Below, in pieces: positions 38,319 to 49,067 of a stretch of 64,000 bases of DNA. The stretch's first letter is position 1; the number at the start of each line of letters is the position of its first letter. A program made the translations under genes and the position numbers. A model generated the notes under the pieces. The model ran no database searches. It was not told where the DNA came from and worked only from the letters and a program-made list of their open reading frames with translations. The DNA comes from Bacteroidales bacterium (GTDB lineage Bacteria; Bacteroidota; Bacteroidia; Bacteroidales; UBA1715), in NCBI GenBank assembly GCA_027858745.1, contig JAQICB010000049.1, positions 50 through 64,049 of the forward strand, written 5' to 3'.

Positions 38319-40364
38319 TTACCGAGAAGAAGAGATACTATTTTTTTGCCGCAAAAAATACTCCAAATTGGGGATATAATTGGTAGATAAAATTTTAATT
38401 TCGGTACGCCGATTAACTTGATTCGCTATTTCTTGTGCTTCATCCGGCAAAGTTTGTATATATTCGGGAGTTAATACCTTGCCGAGCACAAAAGACGTAT
38501 CTAACTGAGCTATTTCTTCATTCACCTGCATTGGCATACTTTCGCCATAGCCACGAGCAACAAAACGTTCGGGGTCGTAATCATGCTCTTTTAAATAGTC
38601 AACTATTGCTTGAGCTCTCAAACGAGAAAGTTGCATATTTGCAGCCTCATCACCAACCATATCGGTATGTGCACCAAGCTCTATAGTAACATTGGGATTA
38701 TCAGACAATAGTTTCGACAACATTAGCAAAGCCTTTTTAGACTCATCGTTAAGTGTCCACTGACCGGACTCATAAAAAATATTTGGAATTTCTATAGGTT
38801 TACTCATGGTCATCAACTCAATATTTTTCTCAAATGTCTCATTATCGCTAATATTAACTGTTGAAATTTGAATTTTATTCTTTAAATATCCTTCAACCGA
38901 GCCGACAACTATATAATCAATATATTGATCCAAATCGAAACTATAGACACCACCTACCCGAGTTTTTACGGTTTGAATAGACCCATCACTACCAACTAAG
39001 GTAACCTCGCCCTCTTCAATAGGTTTTTTGGTATCAGAATCGAGCAATTTACCTTTTACCACAATTTCTAATTCGGGTAATTCAAAGGAATATATATTAT
39101 CATTACCTCGAGAGCCTTTTCTATTCGATGAAAACAATCCTTTTTCGGTACTGCCTTGAAAAGCGATACCAAAATCATCTTTATGAGAATTTACAGGATA
39201 TTGCATATTATAGATATCCCACTGACCAAGTTCACTTTGAACTGCTCTAAAAATATCTAAACCGCCCATTCCAAGGTGGAAATCAGACGAAAAAAACAAT
39301 ACCTCATCTTCTCGAATATACGGAAACATTTCGTCTCCCTCTGTATTGATTGGAGACCCTAAATTAACCGGCGTACCCCATGTAGAAACATCAGAATCAC
39401 GGGTAACCATCCAAATATCGGAACCACCCATACCCCCATGAATACGAGCAGCGAAATACAAGGTTAAGCCATCAGCAGAAATAGAAGGATGCCCAACAGA
39501 AATACTATCAGGAACAATTTCTAAACGTGTCAGATTATTCCACCCACCACCTTTAAGCTCAGTTTTATATATTTGACAGCCTATATTTTTATCAAACTCT
39601 TGTATACAGCGCGTGAAATACATTTCAGTTTTACTCGCATTAAAAGAAGGAGTACCATCATCAAAATCAGAAAGTACAGTTGTGTCTTGAACTAACACGG
39701 GATCCGTCCACCGACCTTGTCTATCGTGACGAATCTCATAAATATCGGTATAATTCATACCAGAAACAGGATTTATCTCGACCTTTTTTTCTTTTTCATC
39801 TCGCGGTCTCGAAGACGTAAAATAAATAGTGGTAAAATCACCAGAAGCATATGCCGGTGCAAAATCATTATCTCTGAATTCACTCATCTGGCGAACATCA
39901 TCAACGATATATCGTGTTGGGTTATCGACCCACTCAACAGCAAGGCTACACGACACGATTGCATTTTCAACACGAGAATCTTTGGGATTTTCTTTTTTGT
40001 ATTCTTCAAATGCGGCTAATGCATCCGAAACCTTTCCGTTTTGCAACAAAACCTGACCATATTTATACTGCAAAGATTTCTCTCGTGTTCTCCGAGCAGC
40101 TCTACGATAATATGATTCAGCTCTTCGCGAATTATTTAAAAGACGATAACACTCTGCTATTTTAAAATAATATGGGTTTTTTCCGGCACGAGACTTTTCA
40201 GCGTCTACAACCTGTTCATACAAGTTTAGTGCAGTATAATATTCCCCTTTTTCATATGCGGTTTCGGCTTTTTTTACCAACTTTTTTTGAGACGTACAGT
40301 GAGTCAATAAAAAAAGGGGAAATAAAGCACATACAAGAAAATAAAAAAAACGGGATAAATTCAT
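38319..40364 (-). CDS. OmpA-family lipoprotein with TPR, TolB-like beta-propeller and carboxypeptidase-regulatory-like regions
   Basis: Start moved to MNLSRFFYFLVCALFPLFLLTHC, a lipobox-like Cys. TPR-like helices (YYTALNLYEQV, AESYYRRAA). PD40-like repeats (YFTSSR, YFAARI.GGMGGSDIW, FFSSDFHLGMGGLDIF). C-terminal OmpA domain (LGAHTDMVGDEAANMQLSRLRAQAIVDYL, NRRTEIKIL). Confidence 0.8.
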   Translation of the reverse strand: MNLSRFFYFLVCALFPLFLLTHCTSQKKLVKKAETAYEKGEYYTALNLYEQVVDAEKSRAGKNPYYFKIAECYRLLNNSRRAESYYRRAARRTREKSLQYKYGQVLLQNGKVSDALAAFEEYKKENPKDSRVENAIVSCSLAVEWVDNPTRYIVDDVRQMSEFRDNDFAPAYASGDFTTIYFTSSRPRDEKEKKVEINPVSGMNYTDIYEIRHDRQGRWTDPVLVQDTTVLSDFDDGTPSFNASKTEMYFTRCIQEFDKNIGCQIYKTELKGGGWNNLTRLEIVPDSISVGHPSISADGLTLYFAARIHGGMGGSDIWMVTRDSDVSTWGTPVNLGSPINTEGDEMFPYIREDEVLFFSSDFHLGMGGLDIFRAVQSELGQWDIYNMQYPVNSHKDDFGIAFQGSTEKGLFSSNRKGSRGNDNIYSFELPELEIVVKGKLLDSDTKKPIEEGEVTLVGSDGSIQTVKTRVGGVYSFDLDQYIDYIVVGSVEGYLKNKIQISTVNISDNETFEKNIELMTMSKPIEIPNIFYESGQWTLNDESKKALLMLSKLLSDNPNVTIELGAHTDMVGDEAANMQLSRLRAQAIVDYLKEHDYDPERFVARGYGESMPMQVNEEIAQLDTSFVLGKVLTPEYIQTLPDEAQEIANQVNRRTEIKILSTNYIPNLEYFLRQKNSISSSR

Positions 40365-40450
40365 ATACCAATTATAATTTGTATTGAAAGTAACGAACAA
40401 TACACTCATTTATTTCATCACAAATATACACAAATTATGAATTCTGACAT

Positions 40451-40478
40451 AAAAAAAAAGCTGTCTTACGACAGCTTT
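40451..40478 (-). terminator. Rho-independent terminator of pnp
   Basis: Read on the minus strand: aaagctgtc-gtaa-gacagcttt followed by a T-run (the plus-strand A-run at 40451-40459). Lies 5 nt downstream of the pnp stop. Confidence 0.8.
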
Positions 40479-40482
40479 AAAA

Positions 40483-42612
40483 TTAATCTTGTTTCTCCGG
40501 TCTCGGTAAAAGAGCCTTTCGAGAAAGTTTATATTTACCTCGATCAATTCCTAACAATTTGACCTCAATCACATCACCTTCTTTTAATACATCCGTAACA
40601 TTTTCGACACGTTTCCAATCAATTTCAGACACATGCAGTAAACCATCACGTTGAGGCATAAATTCAAGAAATGCACCAAACTGAACTATCGTTTTAACAG
40701 TTGCATTGTACACTTTCCCAACCTCAGGTTCAGCAGTTAATCCGGCAATATAATCTTTTGCGTCCTCAATACCATTTTTATCAGTACCAAAAATTTCAAC
40801 TTCACCTTTACCGTCAATTTCTTCTATAGTAATAACAGAATTTGTTCTGCTTTGTAATTCTTGAATATTTTTTCCACCCGAACCGATAATTGCACCTATG
40901 TACTCTTTATCAATAATAAGTTTTTCAATACGAGGAGCATGGTCTTTAAAATCAGGACGCGGCTCAGCCAAGGTTTCCGTAATTTTATCCATAATATGTA
41001 ATCTTCCTGCTTGAGCTTGAGAAAGAGCTTCCTTCATTAACTCTTGAGAAAGACCATCAATTTTAATATCCATTTGCACAGCAGTAATCCCGTCACGCGT
41101 TCCACACACTTTAAAATCCATATCACCTAAGTGATCTTCTTCACCAAGAATATCAGATAAAATAGCATGTTTACCTGTTTCCTTATCGGAGATAAGTCCC
41201 ATAGCAATACCGGTAACCGGTTTTTTGATACGAATACCTGCATCCATAAGTGCTAATGAACCAGCACACACAGTTGCCATAGAAGAAGAACCGTTTGATT
41301 CTAAAATATCAGACACAACACGAATTGTATACGGATTATCCTCACCTACATCAAGCATACCTTTTAATGCACGATATGCTAAATTACCATGTCCAACCTC
41401 ACGTCGCCCTACACCACGGTATGGACGAGCATCTCCGGTAGAAAATGGAGGAAAGTTATAATGTAATAAGAAACGTTCTTTCGAGCGAAGCATCACATCA
41501 TCTATAATTTTTTCATCCAATTTTGTACCTAAAGTAATCGAAGTTAAGGATTGTGTTTCACCACGGGTAAAAATTGCAGATCCATGGGCAGCAGGCAAAT
41601 AATCAACCTCACACCAAATAGGACGAATTTCAGTAGTTTCTCTACCATCAATACGAATTTGCGAATCAAGAATAGATTTACGAACGGCATCTTTTTGAAC
41701 ATCATGAAAATATCGTGAAAACAAAGATTTATTTAATTCCGCAAGTTCCTCTTCAGAGAAAGTAGCCATAAAATCTTGCTCGATTTTTTTAAATTCTTCA
41801 GATCTCACCTCTTTAGCATTTATTCCTTGAGAAGCAATAGCATACATTTTATCAAAAGCAAAATCACGAATACTTTTTTCAAGTTTCTCATCATTTTCTT
41901 CATGACAATATTCACGTTTCACCTCTTTTCCAACTTCTTTGGCAAGTTCAATTTGAACCTCACATTGTTTTTTAATAGCTTCGTGAGCAAAAGCAATAGT
42001 TTCCAACATCTCTTCTTCAGAAATCTCTTTCATTTCACCCTCAATCATGAGTACATTATCGTAGGTTGCACCAACCATAATGTCAATATCAGCCTCTGCT
42101 AATTGAGAAAATGAAGGGTTAACAACCAATTGACCATTAACACGACCAACACGCACCTCTGAAATCGGACCATCAAAAGGAATATCGCTTACCGAAAGTG
42201 CAGCAGAAGCGGCAAGTCCGGCCAAACAATCAGGAAGAACTTCTGATTCAGCAGAAATTAATTGAATTGTAACAAATGTTTCTGCATGAAAATCTTTCGG
42301 AAATAACGGACGTAAAGCTCGGTCAACAAGACGAGACACAAGAATTTCCGAGTCACTCGGACGACCTTCACGTTTAAGAAATCCACCCGGGAAGCGACCC
42401 ATAGCAGAAAACTTTTCTTTATATTCTACAGAAAGGGGCATAAAATCAACATCCGGACGTGCGTCCTGTGCTGAACAAACAGTTGCTAACAACATTGTTT
42501 TGCCCATTTTCACAACAACAGACCCATCAGCTTGCTTTGCCAACTTTCCTGTTTCAATTTCTATAGTTCGTCCATCACCTAAATCGATGGTTTTATTTAC
42601 TATTTTCAACAT
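40483..42612 (-). CDS. pnp: Polyribonucleotide nucleotidyltransferase (PNPase)
   Basis: 709 aa. Two RNase PH domains, a KH domain ([12 protein letters not shown]) and an S1 domain ([20 protein letters not shown]). Located downstream of rpsO as in many bacteria. Confidence 0.97.
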   Translation of the reverse strand: MLKIVNKTIDLGDGRTIEIETGKLAKQADGSVVVKMGKTMLLATVCSAQDARPDVDFMPLSVEYKEKFSAMGRFPGGFLKREGRPSDSEILVSRLVDRALRPLFPKDFHAETFVTIQLISAESEVLPDCLAGLAASAALSVSDIPFDGPISEVRVGRVNGQLVVNPSFSQLAEADIDIMVGATYDNVLMIEGEMKEISEEEMLETIAFAHEAIKKQCEVQIELAKEVGKEVKREYCHEENDEKLEKSIRDFAFDKMYAIASQGINAKEVRSEEFKKIEQDFMATFSEEELAELNKSLFSRYFHDVQKDAVRKSILDSQIRIDGRETTEIRPIWCEVDYLPAAHGSAIFTRGETQSLTSITLGTKLDEKIIDDVMLRSKERFLLHYNFPPFSTGDARPYRGVGRREVGHGNLAYRALKGMLDVGEDNPYTIRVVSDILESNGSSSMATVCAGSLALMDAGIRIKKPVTGIAMGLISDKETGKHAILSDILGEEDHLGDMDFKVCGTRDGITAVQMDIKIDGLSQELMKEALSQAQAGRLHIMDKITETLAEPRPDFKDHAPRIEKLIIDKEYIGAIIGSGGKNIQELQSRTNSVITIEEIDGKGEVEIFGTDKNGIEDAKDYIAGLTAEPEVGKVYNATVKTIVQFGAFLEFMPQRDGLLHVSEIDWKRVENVTDVLKEGDVIEVKLLGIDRGKYKLSRKALLPRPEKQD

Positions 42613-42671
42613 TTTTAATTAATTAAGTAATAAGAAAAATATGTAAAATACATATCTGTCTATAAATAAAG

Positions 42672-42692
42672 AAAGGCAATAAAATTGCCCTT
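42672..42692 (-). terminator. Weak stem-loop between rpsO and pnp (possible attenuating terminator or processing site)
   Basis: ggcaat / attgcc stem with a short A-rich loop, flanked by A/T runs. In E. coli the rpsO-pnp intergenic region carries a terminator and an RNase III hairpin. Analogy only. Confidence 0.35.
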
Positions 42693-42703
42693 CAAAAAAA
42701 TTA

Positions 42704-42973
42704 TTATTTTCTAATCTTCAACTCTTTAATAAGCTCTCGATATTTTTCAATATCTTTAGCTGTTAAATAGTTGAGCAACTGACGTCGCTTTCCTACTAAT
42801 TTAAGAAGAGAACGTTGTGTCACGTAGTCTTTTTTATTAGCTTTTAAAAGTTCTGTTAAATGATTTATTCTTTCGGTAAATAATGCTATTTGACCTTCTG
42901 TTGAACCAGTATCTTTTTCTGATTTACCGAATTTTTTAAAAATTTCAGACTTTCTTTCCGTTGTTAAATACAT
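42704..42973 (-). CDS. rpsO: 30S ribosomal protein S15
   Basis: 89 aa. DTGSTEGQIALFTERINHLTELLKANKKDYVTQRSLLKLVGKRRQLLNYL is canonical S15. Confidence 0.97.
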   Translation of the reverse strand: MYLTTERKSEIFKKFGKSEKDTGSTEGQIALFTERINHLTELLKANKKDYVTQRSLLKLVGKRRQLLNYLTAKDIEKYRELIKELKIRK

Positions 42974-43021
42974 AATCTGTTAGTTATTAATTCTTTTCTA
43001 TATCTATCAAAAATTAGACTG

Positions 43022-43053
43022 CAAAAATATACGTTTATTTTAAAACCAACAAA
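43022..43053 (-). promoter_or_regulatory. Bacteroidota-type promoter for rpsO(-pnp)
   Basis: Minus strand: TTTG (43053-43050), a 20-nt spacer, then TATTTTTG (43029-43022). This matches the -33 TTTG / -7 TAnnTTTG consensus and lies ~50 nt upstream of the rpsO start. Confidence 0.5.
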
Positions 43054-43098
43054 GTTTTTATCTATTTTTTTTACGATTCATACTGACCACCGTTCCTG

Positions 43099-43758
43099 TT
43101 AATGATTACGCTTAATTAAACCTCGATATGGAGGGACATGTATGTATCTTGAAAGGAAAACACCAAACACCATCAAAGCCAATCCAATAGATGCTCCGGC
43201 ATATACATCACGAAAAAAATGCATTAATAAATATATACGAGATAACCCAACAATAAATGCAAGAATTACATATATATAAAGGAGTGATTTTCGAGAAGCA
43301 TGATATGATGCTAACGCAAAAAAAGCAAAAGCAGTCATGGTATGTCCGGAAGGAAATGAAAAATGTCGTGCAAAATCTACATGAGGTATAATATAATGAA
43401 ATTCGGAAAGATTAAAAAAGAGTGTAGGTCGAGGAAGTGGTCCAAACACAATATGCTTCAAGAAAAAACTCACTACCAAAACCAACAAGCCAACAATTGC
43501 ATATTGCAGAGCTTTTTGATAAGAAACAAACATATATGCGACAATAGCCACGACAAACACAATACCATTACCAAAAGCAGTAAAAGCACGAAAAAAATAA
43601 TCAAAAAATGTATATGTACAGTATGTATTAACAAGCAGCACAGCATCTCCATGTTTAAAAAACAACATCCCTACCATTCCAATAAAGAGAAAAACATACA
43701 CAGAACGAGCAAAAAGAGCATTTCGTAAAAAATATCGAAGTGACCGATGATTATCCAT
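43099..43758 (-). CDS. PAP2-family phosphatase (membrane)
   Basis: Polytopic membrane protein with PAP2 motifs PSGHT and SRIYLLMHFFRDV. Confidence 0.82.
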   Translation of the reverse strand: MDNHRSLRYFLRNALFARSVYVFLFIGMVGMLFFKHGDAVLLVNTYCTYTFFDYFFRAFTAFGNGIVFVVAIVAYMFVSYQKALQYAIVGLLVLVVSFFLKHIVFGPLPRPTLFFNLSEFHYIIPHVDFARHFSFPSGHTMTAFAFFALASYHASRKSLLYIYVILAFIVGLSRIYLLMHFFRDVYAGASIGLALMVFGVFLSRYIHVPPYRGLIKRNH

Positions 43759-43766
43759 ACAAAAAA

Positions 43767-44891
43767 TTAAAAAAATGAAATTGTATTATACACAGAATCT
43801 CGTTCTACCGGCACTTTTCGAGCTTCTTTTATTAATGCCACCATCTGCTCTTGGGTCATTGATGGATTTGTGTCTTCTGCTCCGGCCATAGAATAGATTT
43901 TTGTTGAATCATTAATTGTTCCGTCAAAATCATCAACACCAAAATCAAGACTTATCTGAGCTAAATCTTTTCCAATCATTGGCCAATACGCCTTAATATG
44001 ATTTATATTGTCTAAAAAAATACGAGAAACCGCAAAATTTCTCAACACTTCGACCCACGAAACTTCCGTAGACAAGCCTAAAGGATTATTTTCTTTTTTA
44101 TATTTCAATGGAATAAAAGCCTGAAATCCGCCGGTCTTATCTTGCACATTACGCAAACGCATTAAATGGTTGACTCGTTGCTCATATGATTCGATATGAC
44201 CATACAACATTGTGGCAGTAGTTGGTATATTAAGATTATGTGCGGTTTCGTGAATTTTCAACCAGTTATCAGAATTAGTTTTTGAAGGACATATTTTTTT
44301 TCTTAATTCCTCGTCGAATATTTCAGCACCTCCACCGGGCATAGAATTGAGTCCTGCATTTTGCAAAGCAGTCAATGCCTCTTCAAACGAACAGCGTGAA
44401 GCAATCGCCATAAACTCAATCTCAACCGCAGTAAATGCCTTAATATGAACCTCCGGATATGCTAATTTTAAAGTGGTCAAAAGTTCTACATAAAAATCCA
44501 ATTTTCGTTCCGGATGCACGCCACCAACAATATGAAATTCCGTGATTGAATCAGTGCAATTAGAAGAAATACTATTTGCAATTTCATCAACCGACAATTC
44601 CCAACTATCTTCTTCATTTTTTTTTCGTGCATACGAGCAGAATACACAATTGTGAATACAAATATTCGTAGGTTCAATATGAATATTTTTATTGAAATAC
44701 ACGAACCGTTTATTTTTCTGCTCACGAACAAAATTAGCCGCAACACCAAGAGCCGAAAGAGAAGCTTCATTATACAAAATCAGACATTCTTCTACAGAAA
44801 TGCGTTTCCCCGAAAAAATTTTAGTAAAAATCTGCTTACAATTCTCATTGAGATATGCAAGTACTGTAGTACTATTTTCCTCCATCATCAC
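43767..44891 (-). CDS. Radical SAM enzyme of the MqnE/MqnC (CofH-like) family, futalosine-route menaquinone biosynthesis
   Basis: 374 aa. Radical SAM cluster motif NICIHNCVFCSY near the N-terminus, and an overall CofH/MqnC/MqnE-like layout (HIVGGVHP, TATMLYGHIES). I cannot tell MqnE from MqnC by eye. Confidence 0.7.
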   Translation of the reverse strand: MMMEENSTTVLAYLNENCKQIFTKIFSGKRISVEECLILYNEASLSALGVAANFVREQKNKRFVYFNKNIHIEPTNICIHNCVFCSYARKKNEEDSWELSVDEIANSISSNCTDSITEFHIVGGVHPERKLDFYVELLTTLKLAYPEVHIKAFTAVEIEFMAIASRCSFEEALTALQNAGLNSMPGGGAEIFDEELRKKICPSKTNSDNWLKIHETAHNLNIPTTATMLYGHIESYEQRVNHLMRLRNVQDKTGGFQAFIPLKYKKENNPLGLSTEVSWVEVLRNFAVSRIFLDNINHIKAYWPMIGKDLAQISLDFGVDDFDGTINDSTKIYSMAGAEDTNPSMTQEQMVALIKEARKVPVERDSVYNTISFF

Positions 44892-45003
44892 ACAAAAACT
44901 TTTTGCAAAGGTACAAGATTACTTTGCACACTCATCTATTTCTCCAAAATTTTTATTAAAAATACTTATCAAAAAAACACTCAAACAAAATAATTTATTT
45001 ATT

Positions 45004-45036
45004 TTTGCAATGGATAATTTTAACAAAATATTTCTG
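45004..45036 (+). promoter_or_regulatory. Candidate promoter for the nqr operon
   Basis: TTTG at 45004-45007, a 21-nt spacer, then TATTTCTG at 45029-45036 (one mismatch to TAnnTTTG). The motif ends 6 nt before the nqrA ATG, implying a very short or absent leader. Confidence 0.3.
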
Positions 45037-45042
45037 TAAAAA

Positions 45043-46398
45043 ATGTCAAAGGTAACTCATATAAAAAAAGGGCTTAAAATCAACTTACAAGGCAAGCCCG
45101 AACGAATTTTTCATCAATTACCATTAGCGGAAAAAGTTGCGGTTAAACCGACGGACTTTGTCGGACTCAAACCGAAACTATCCGTAAAAGAAGGTGACAC
45201 TGTTTTAGCAGGAGATGCTCTTTTCTATGACAAATACAATCCTGACATTATTTTCACGTCACCGGTAAGTGGCACAGTTGAATTAATCAACCGTGGTGAG
45301 CGTAGAAAAATTCTCGAAGTTGTGGTTAAAACAGAAAATGATACAATTGAATACAAAAAATTTAACATTCCGGAGATTAATCGAAATAATCGGGATGCAA
45401 TAAAAAAATCCTTATTAGAAAGTGGCTTATGGCCATGCATTATTCAACGTCCGTATGCATGTATAGCAAATCCGCAAGACACGCCAAAAGCTATTTTTAT
45501 TTCCACCTTTGACACAGCGCCACTAGCACCAGACTATACCTTTTTAATTTCAGAATACAAATCAGAATTTTTAAAAGGTGTTGAAGTGTTAAATCAACTC
45601 ACTGATGGCACAACCCATATAAATATTTTTCAAGAAACGAGAGCAAACAATCCGTTTCAGGCGGCAAAAAATACGCAAATCAATTATTTTTCAGGAAAAC
45701 ACCCGGCGGGTAATGTAGGTGTTCAAATTCATCATTTAGACCCAATAAACAAAGGCGATATTGTGTGGACAGTAAAACCACAAGATGTTGTTTTAATTGG
45801 TCGGTTTTTTGAAAAATCTATTTTCGACGCTCGAAAAATCATCACCCTTTCCGGAAATGTAAAAAAACCATATTACTTCAAAACCATACTTGGTACATCG
45901 ATTAGTAGTATGCTGAACAATCAAATAACAAGCAAGAAAGAACAACGAATTATCAGTGGTAATGTGTTAACCGGAACTCAAGTAAATGAAACCGGTTACG
46001 TTAGTTTTTACGATACACAAATATCAGTAATTGACGAGGGCAACTATCCGGAATTTTTAGGCTGGATTAATCCTGGTTTTAACAAATTCAGTTTTTACCG
46101 TTCATTTTTCTCGTGGTTACAACCCGACAGAGAATTTAAAATAGACACGAATTACCATGGCGGAGAACGTCCGTTTGTGTTTACCGGACAATACGAGCGA
46201 GTATTACCAATGAACATATACCCCATTCATTTGCTAAAATCTATACTAGTAAATGATATAGACAAAATGGAACAACTTGGCATTTTCGAAGTTGCTGAAG
46301 AAGATTTTGCACTATGCGAATTTATTTGTCCGTCAAAAATTGAAATTCAATCGATAATTCGACAAGGATTAGATACTATTAAAAAAGAATTTAGTTAA
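45043..46398 (+). CDS. nqrA: Na+-translocating NADH-quinone reductase subunit A
   Basis: 451 aa. First gene of a six-gene nqr cluster. KKGLKINLQGKPE start typical of NqrA. Confidence 0.95.
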   Translation: MSKVTHIKKGLKINLQGKPERIFHQLPLAEKVAVKPTDFVGLKPKLSVKEGDTVLAGDALFYDKYNPDIIFTSPVSGTVELINRGERRKILEVVVKTENDTIEYKKFNIPEINRNNRDAIKKSLLESGLWPCIIQRPYACIANPQDTPKAIFISTFDTAPLAPDYTFLISEYKSEFLKGVEVLNQLTDGTTHINIFQETRANNPFQAAKNTQINYFSGKHPAGNVGVQIHHLDPINKGDIVWTVKPQDVVLIGRFFEKSIFDARKIITLSGNVKKPYYFKTILGTSISSMLNNQITSKKEQRIISGNVLTGTQVNETGYVSFYDTQISVIDEGNYPEFLGWINPGFNKFSFYRSFFSWLQPDREFKIDTNYHGGERPFVFTGQYERVLPMNIYPIHLLKSILVNDIDKMEQLGIFEVAEEDFALCEFICPSKIEIQSIIRQGLDTIKKEFS

Positions 46399-46422
46399 TT
46401 TTCAAAATCTGTATATAATTCA

Positions 46423-47634
46423 ATGAAAATAATAAAAAATCTCATAGACAAAACCAAACCGCAATTTGAAAAAGGCGGCAAATATGAAAAATGGTTACCG
46501 GTATACGAAAGTTTTGAAACATTCTTCTTTGTTCCCAAAAAAGTAACCAGTACAGGTGCACACATACGCGATGCGATTGACATGAAACGTTCAATGATTC
46601 TTGTTGTTGTTTCGTTATTGCCTGCATTACTATTCGGTATGTGGAATGTTGGTGAACTATACTATATGTCTATAGGCGAAACTACTTCGATTTTGGAATC
46701 TTTTTGGCAGGGATTTCTTCAAGTATTACCTCTCATTGTCGTTTCATACGGAGTGGGGCTCGGGCTGGAATTTGTCTTTGTGTATATACGAGGTCATGAA
46801 ATAAACGAAGGTTTTTTGGTGACCGGTATGCTTATTCCTCTTATTGTTCCGGTTGATATTCCCTTGTGGATGCTTGCGGTTGCAACAGCTTTTTCGGTAC
46901 TTATAGGTAAAGAGGCTTTTGGAGGAACCGGTATGAATATCGTTAACCCGGCTTTGCTGACACGAGCATTTTTGTTTTTTGCATATCCCGCAAAAATGTC
47001 GGGAAATACTGTGTGGATTAAAGATATTGGTCAAAACCCACAATTAGTTGACGGTTTTACCGGTGAAACTATTCTTGGACAAAAAGTTAACATGGTAACC
47101 GAAGCATATAGTGGATTTGTTAACAACAAATTATCGATGCTTGATATGTTTATCGGAAATTATGCGGGTTCGGTAGGTGAAACATCAACCATTGCTATAT
47201 TAATAGGTGCAGCTATATTACTATATACCGGCATAGCAAGTTACCGCATAATGATTTCGGTGTTTGCCGGTGGTTATCTTATGGGCTTATTATTAAATGC
47301 GGTTGCTCCCGAAGGTAATGTTCTTCTCAGCACTCCTGCTCTTGAACATCTTCTTATTGGTGGTTTTGCATTTGGTGCTGTATTTATGGCGACCGATCCG
47401 GTAACTGCTTCTCAAACTAATAGAGGTAAATGGATATATGGTTTTTTAATCGGGGTATTTGCAATATTAATTAGAACTGTTAATCCTGCATATCCTGAAG
47501 GTATGATGCTTGCAATTTTATTTATGAATGTGTTTGCTCCGCTCATCGATCATTATATTGTGCAAGCTAATATAAAAGCACGACTACGAAGAGCAAAGAT
47601 TAATATGATACAATCAGATTCAGAAAATAACTAA
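46423..47634 (+). CDS. nqrB: Na+-translocating NADH-quinone reductase subunit B
   Basis: Polytopic. FGGTGMNIVNPAL and FMATDPVTAS (FMN-attachment region) motifs. Confidence 0.95.
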   Translation: MKIIKNLIDKTKPQFEKGGKYEKWLPVYESFETFFFVPKKVTSTGAHIRDAIDMKRSMILVVVSLLPALLFGMWNVGELYYMSIGETTSILESFWQGFLQVLPLIVVSYGVGLGLEFVFVYIRGHEINEGFLVTGMLIPLIVPVDIPLWMLAVATAFSVLIGKEAFGGTGMNIVNPALLTRAFLFFAYPAKMSGNTVWIKDIGQNPQLVDGFTGETILGQKVNMVTEAYSGFVNNKLSMLDMFIGNYAGSVGETSTIAILIGAAILLYTGIASYRIMISVFAGGYLMGLLLNAVAPEGNVLLSTPALEHLLIGGFAFGAVFMATDPVTASQTNRGKWIYGFLIGVFAILIRTVNPAYPEGMMLAILFMNVFAPLIDHYIVQANIKARLRRAKINMIQSDSENN

Positions 47635-47652
47635 AATTTTAACAATCTCTAT

Positions 47653-48393
47653 ATGGAACGAAGTAATACATATGTTTTTATTTACGCTATTGCTCTTGTC
47701 GTTATTGTTGCCGCAGTTCTTTCATTTACTGCTCACACATTAAAAGACCGACAAATAGCGAATGTTAAGAATGAAAAACGAGAAAATATTCTCGCTACTA
47801 TAAATATTCCTTACGAAGGAAAAGATGTTCAAAAACTATTTGACACTTATATTACTGAATCATTTATTATAAATGTTCGGGGCGATGTAGAGCCATACAT
47901 TACAGTTCAAGACGGAAAAACAACTGATACACTCACAGCTTTTGAGATTGATTTAAAGAAAGAATATGCACGCCCGTTAGAGGTACGAAATTTACCACTG
48001 TTTAAAGCTTCGGTTGACAAGAAAACTATATACATTATTCCTCTTCGAGGAAAAGGATTGTGGGGGCCGATATGGGGATATATATCTTTAGAAGAGGATT
48101 TCTCTACTGTTTACGGAGTTGTTTTTGACCATAAAAGTGAAACTCCCGGTTTGGGAGCTGAAATTAACAGTGATGGTTTTATGGAGCAATTTAACGGCAA
48201 AAAGATTTTCGATAAAACAGGAGATTTCACTTCAATTGAGGTAATAAAAGGTGGTGCTAAACCAGATAATTTGCATGGCGTTGATGCTATATCGGGAGGA
48301 ACTATTACTTCAAATGGTGTGACTGCAATGCTCGAAAATTCATTACAAGGATATTTATCATTTTTCAAATCCAATAAAAATAACATACAATGA
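47653..48393 (+). CDS. nqrC: Na+-translocating NADH-quinone reductase subunit C
   Basis: Single N-terminal TM. ETPGLGAEI and VDAISGGTITS (FMN-binding threonine region) motifs. Confidence 0.95.
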   Translation: MERSNTYVFIYAIALVVIVAAVLSFTAHTLKDRQIANVKNEKRENILATINIPYEGKDVQKLFDTYITESFIINVRGDVEPYITVQDGKTTDTLTAFEIDLKKEYARPLEVRNLPLFKASVDKKTIYIIPLRGKGLWGPIWGYISLEEDFSTVYGVVFDHKSETPGLGAEINSDGFMEQFNGKKIFDKTGDFTSIEVIKGGAKPDNLHGVDAISGGTITSNGVTAMLENSLQGYLSFFKSNKNNIQ

Positions 48394-49052
48394 GTGCTGA
48401 AAAAGAACCATTATTTTCTAAAAAAAATATAGAACTGATAACCGGTCCTCTAGGTAAGAATAATCCGATTACCGTACAATGTTTGGGTATATGTTCTGCA
48501 TTGGCCGTGACCGTAAAATTAGAACCTGCAATAATATTATCCATATCGGTAGTTGCGGTTTTAAGTCTTTCCAATGTTATTATTTCACTTCTCCGCAAAA
48601 CTATCCCGGATAGAATTCGAATTATTGTTCAATTGGTTGTCATAGCTTCTCTCGTAATTATTGTTGACGAGATACTCAAAGCTTTTTCGTACGAAGTAAG
48701 TAAAGCTTTATCCGTATTCGTCGGTTTAATTATAACGAACTGTATCATAATGGGGCGTTTAGAAGCCTTTGCCTTAGGAAACAAACCATGGCGGTCACTT
48801 CTTGATGGTGTTGGAAACGGATTGGGCTATGGAGTAATCCTTATTTTAGTTGCATTCATTCGAGAAGTTTTGGGATCAGGAACAATTACCCTCCCTATGC
48901 TCGGTGAAATTCGAATAATACCTGATGTAATATACAGTTGGGGCTATGAAAATAACGGGTTGATGTTACTATCGCCAATGGCTCTTTTGGTTGTTGGTCT
49001 CATTATATGGGTTCAACGCTCTCGCAATAAAGAATTAATTGAAGAAAATTAA
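48390..49052 (+). CDS. nqrD: Na+-translocating NADH-quinone reductase subunit D
   Basis: 220-aa polytopic protein. NNPITVQCLGICSALAVT motif. 4-nt overlap with nqrC. Confidence 0.95.
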   Translation: MSAEKEPLFSKKNIELITGPLGKNNPITVQCLGICSALAVTVKLEPAIILSISVVAVLSLSNVIISLLRKTIPDRIRIIVQLVVIASLVIIVDEILKAFSYEVSKALSVFVGLIITNCIIMGRLEAFALGNKPWRSLLDGVGNGLGYGVILILVAFIREVLGSGTITLPMLGEIRIIPDVIYSWGYENNGLMLLSPMALLVVGLIIWVQRSRNKELIEEN

Positions 49053-49067
49053 GAATAACACGGAGAT

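Noticed and set aside
43363-43728. 121-aa ORF antisense to the PAP2 gene
   Set aside because: K/N/S-rich low-complexity translation lying fully inside a membrane-protein gene with PAP2 motifs.
44486-45039. ORFs of 94-115 aa overlapping the radical SAM gene and the mqn/nqr divergent region
   Set aside because: Two of them overlap each other in different frames and run through the promoter region. Translations are low-complexity. The space is better explained as a divergent promoter region.
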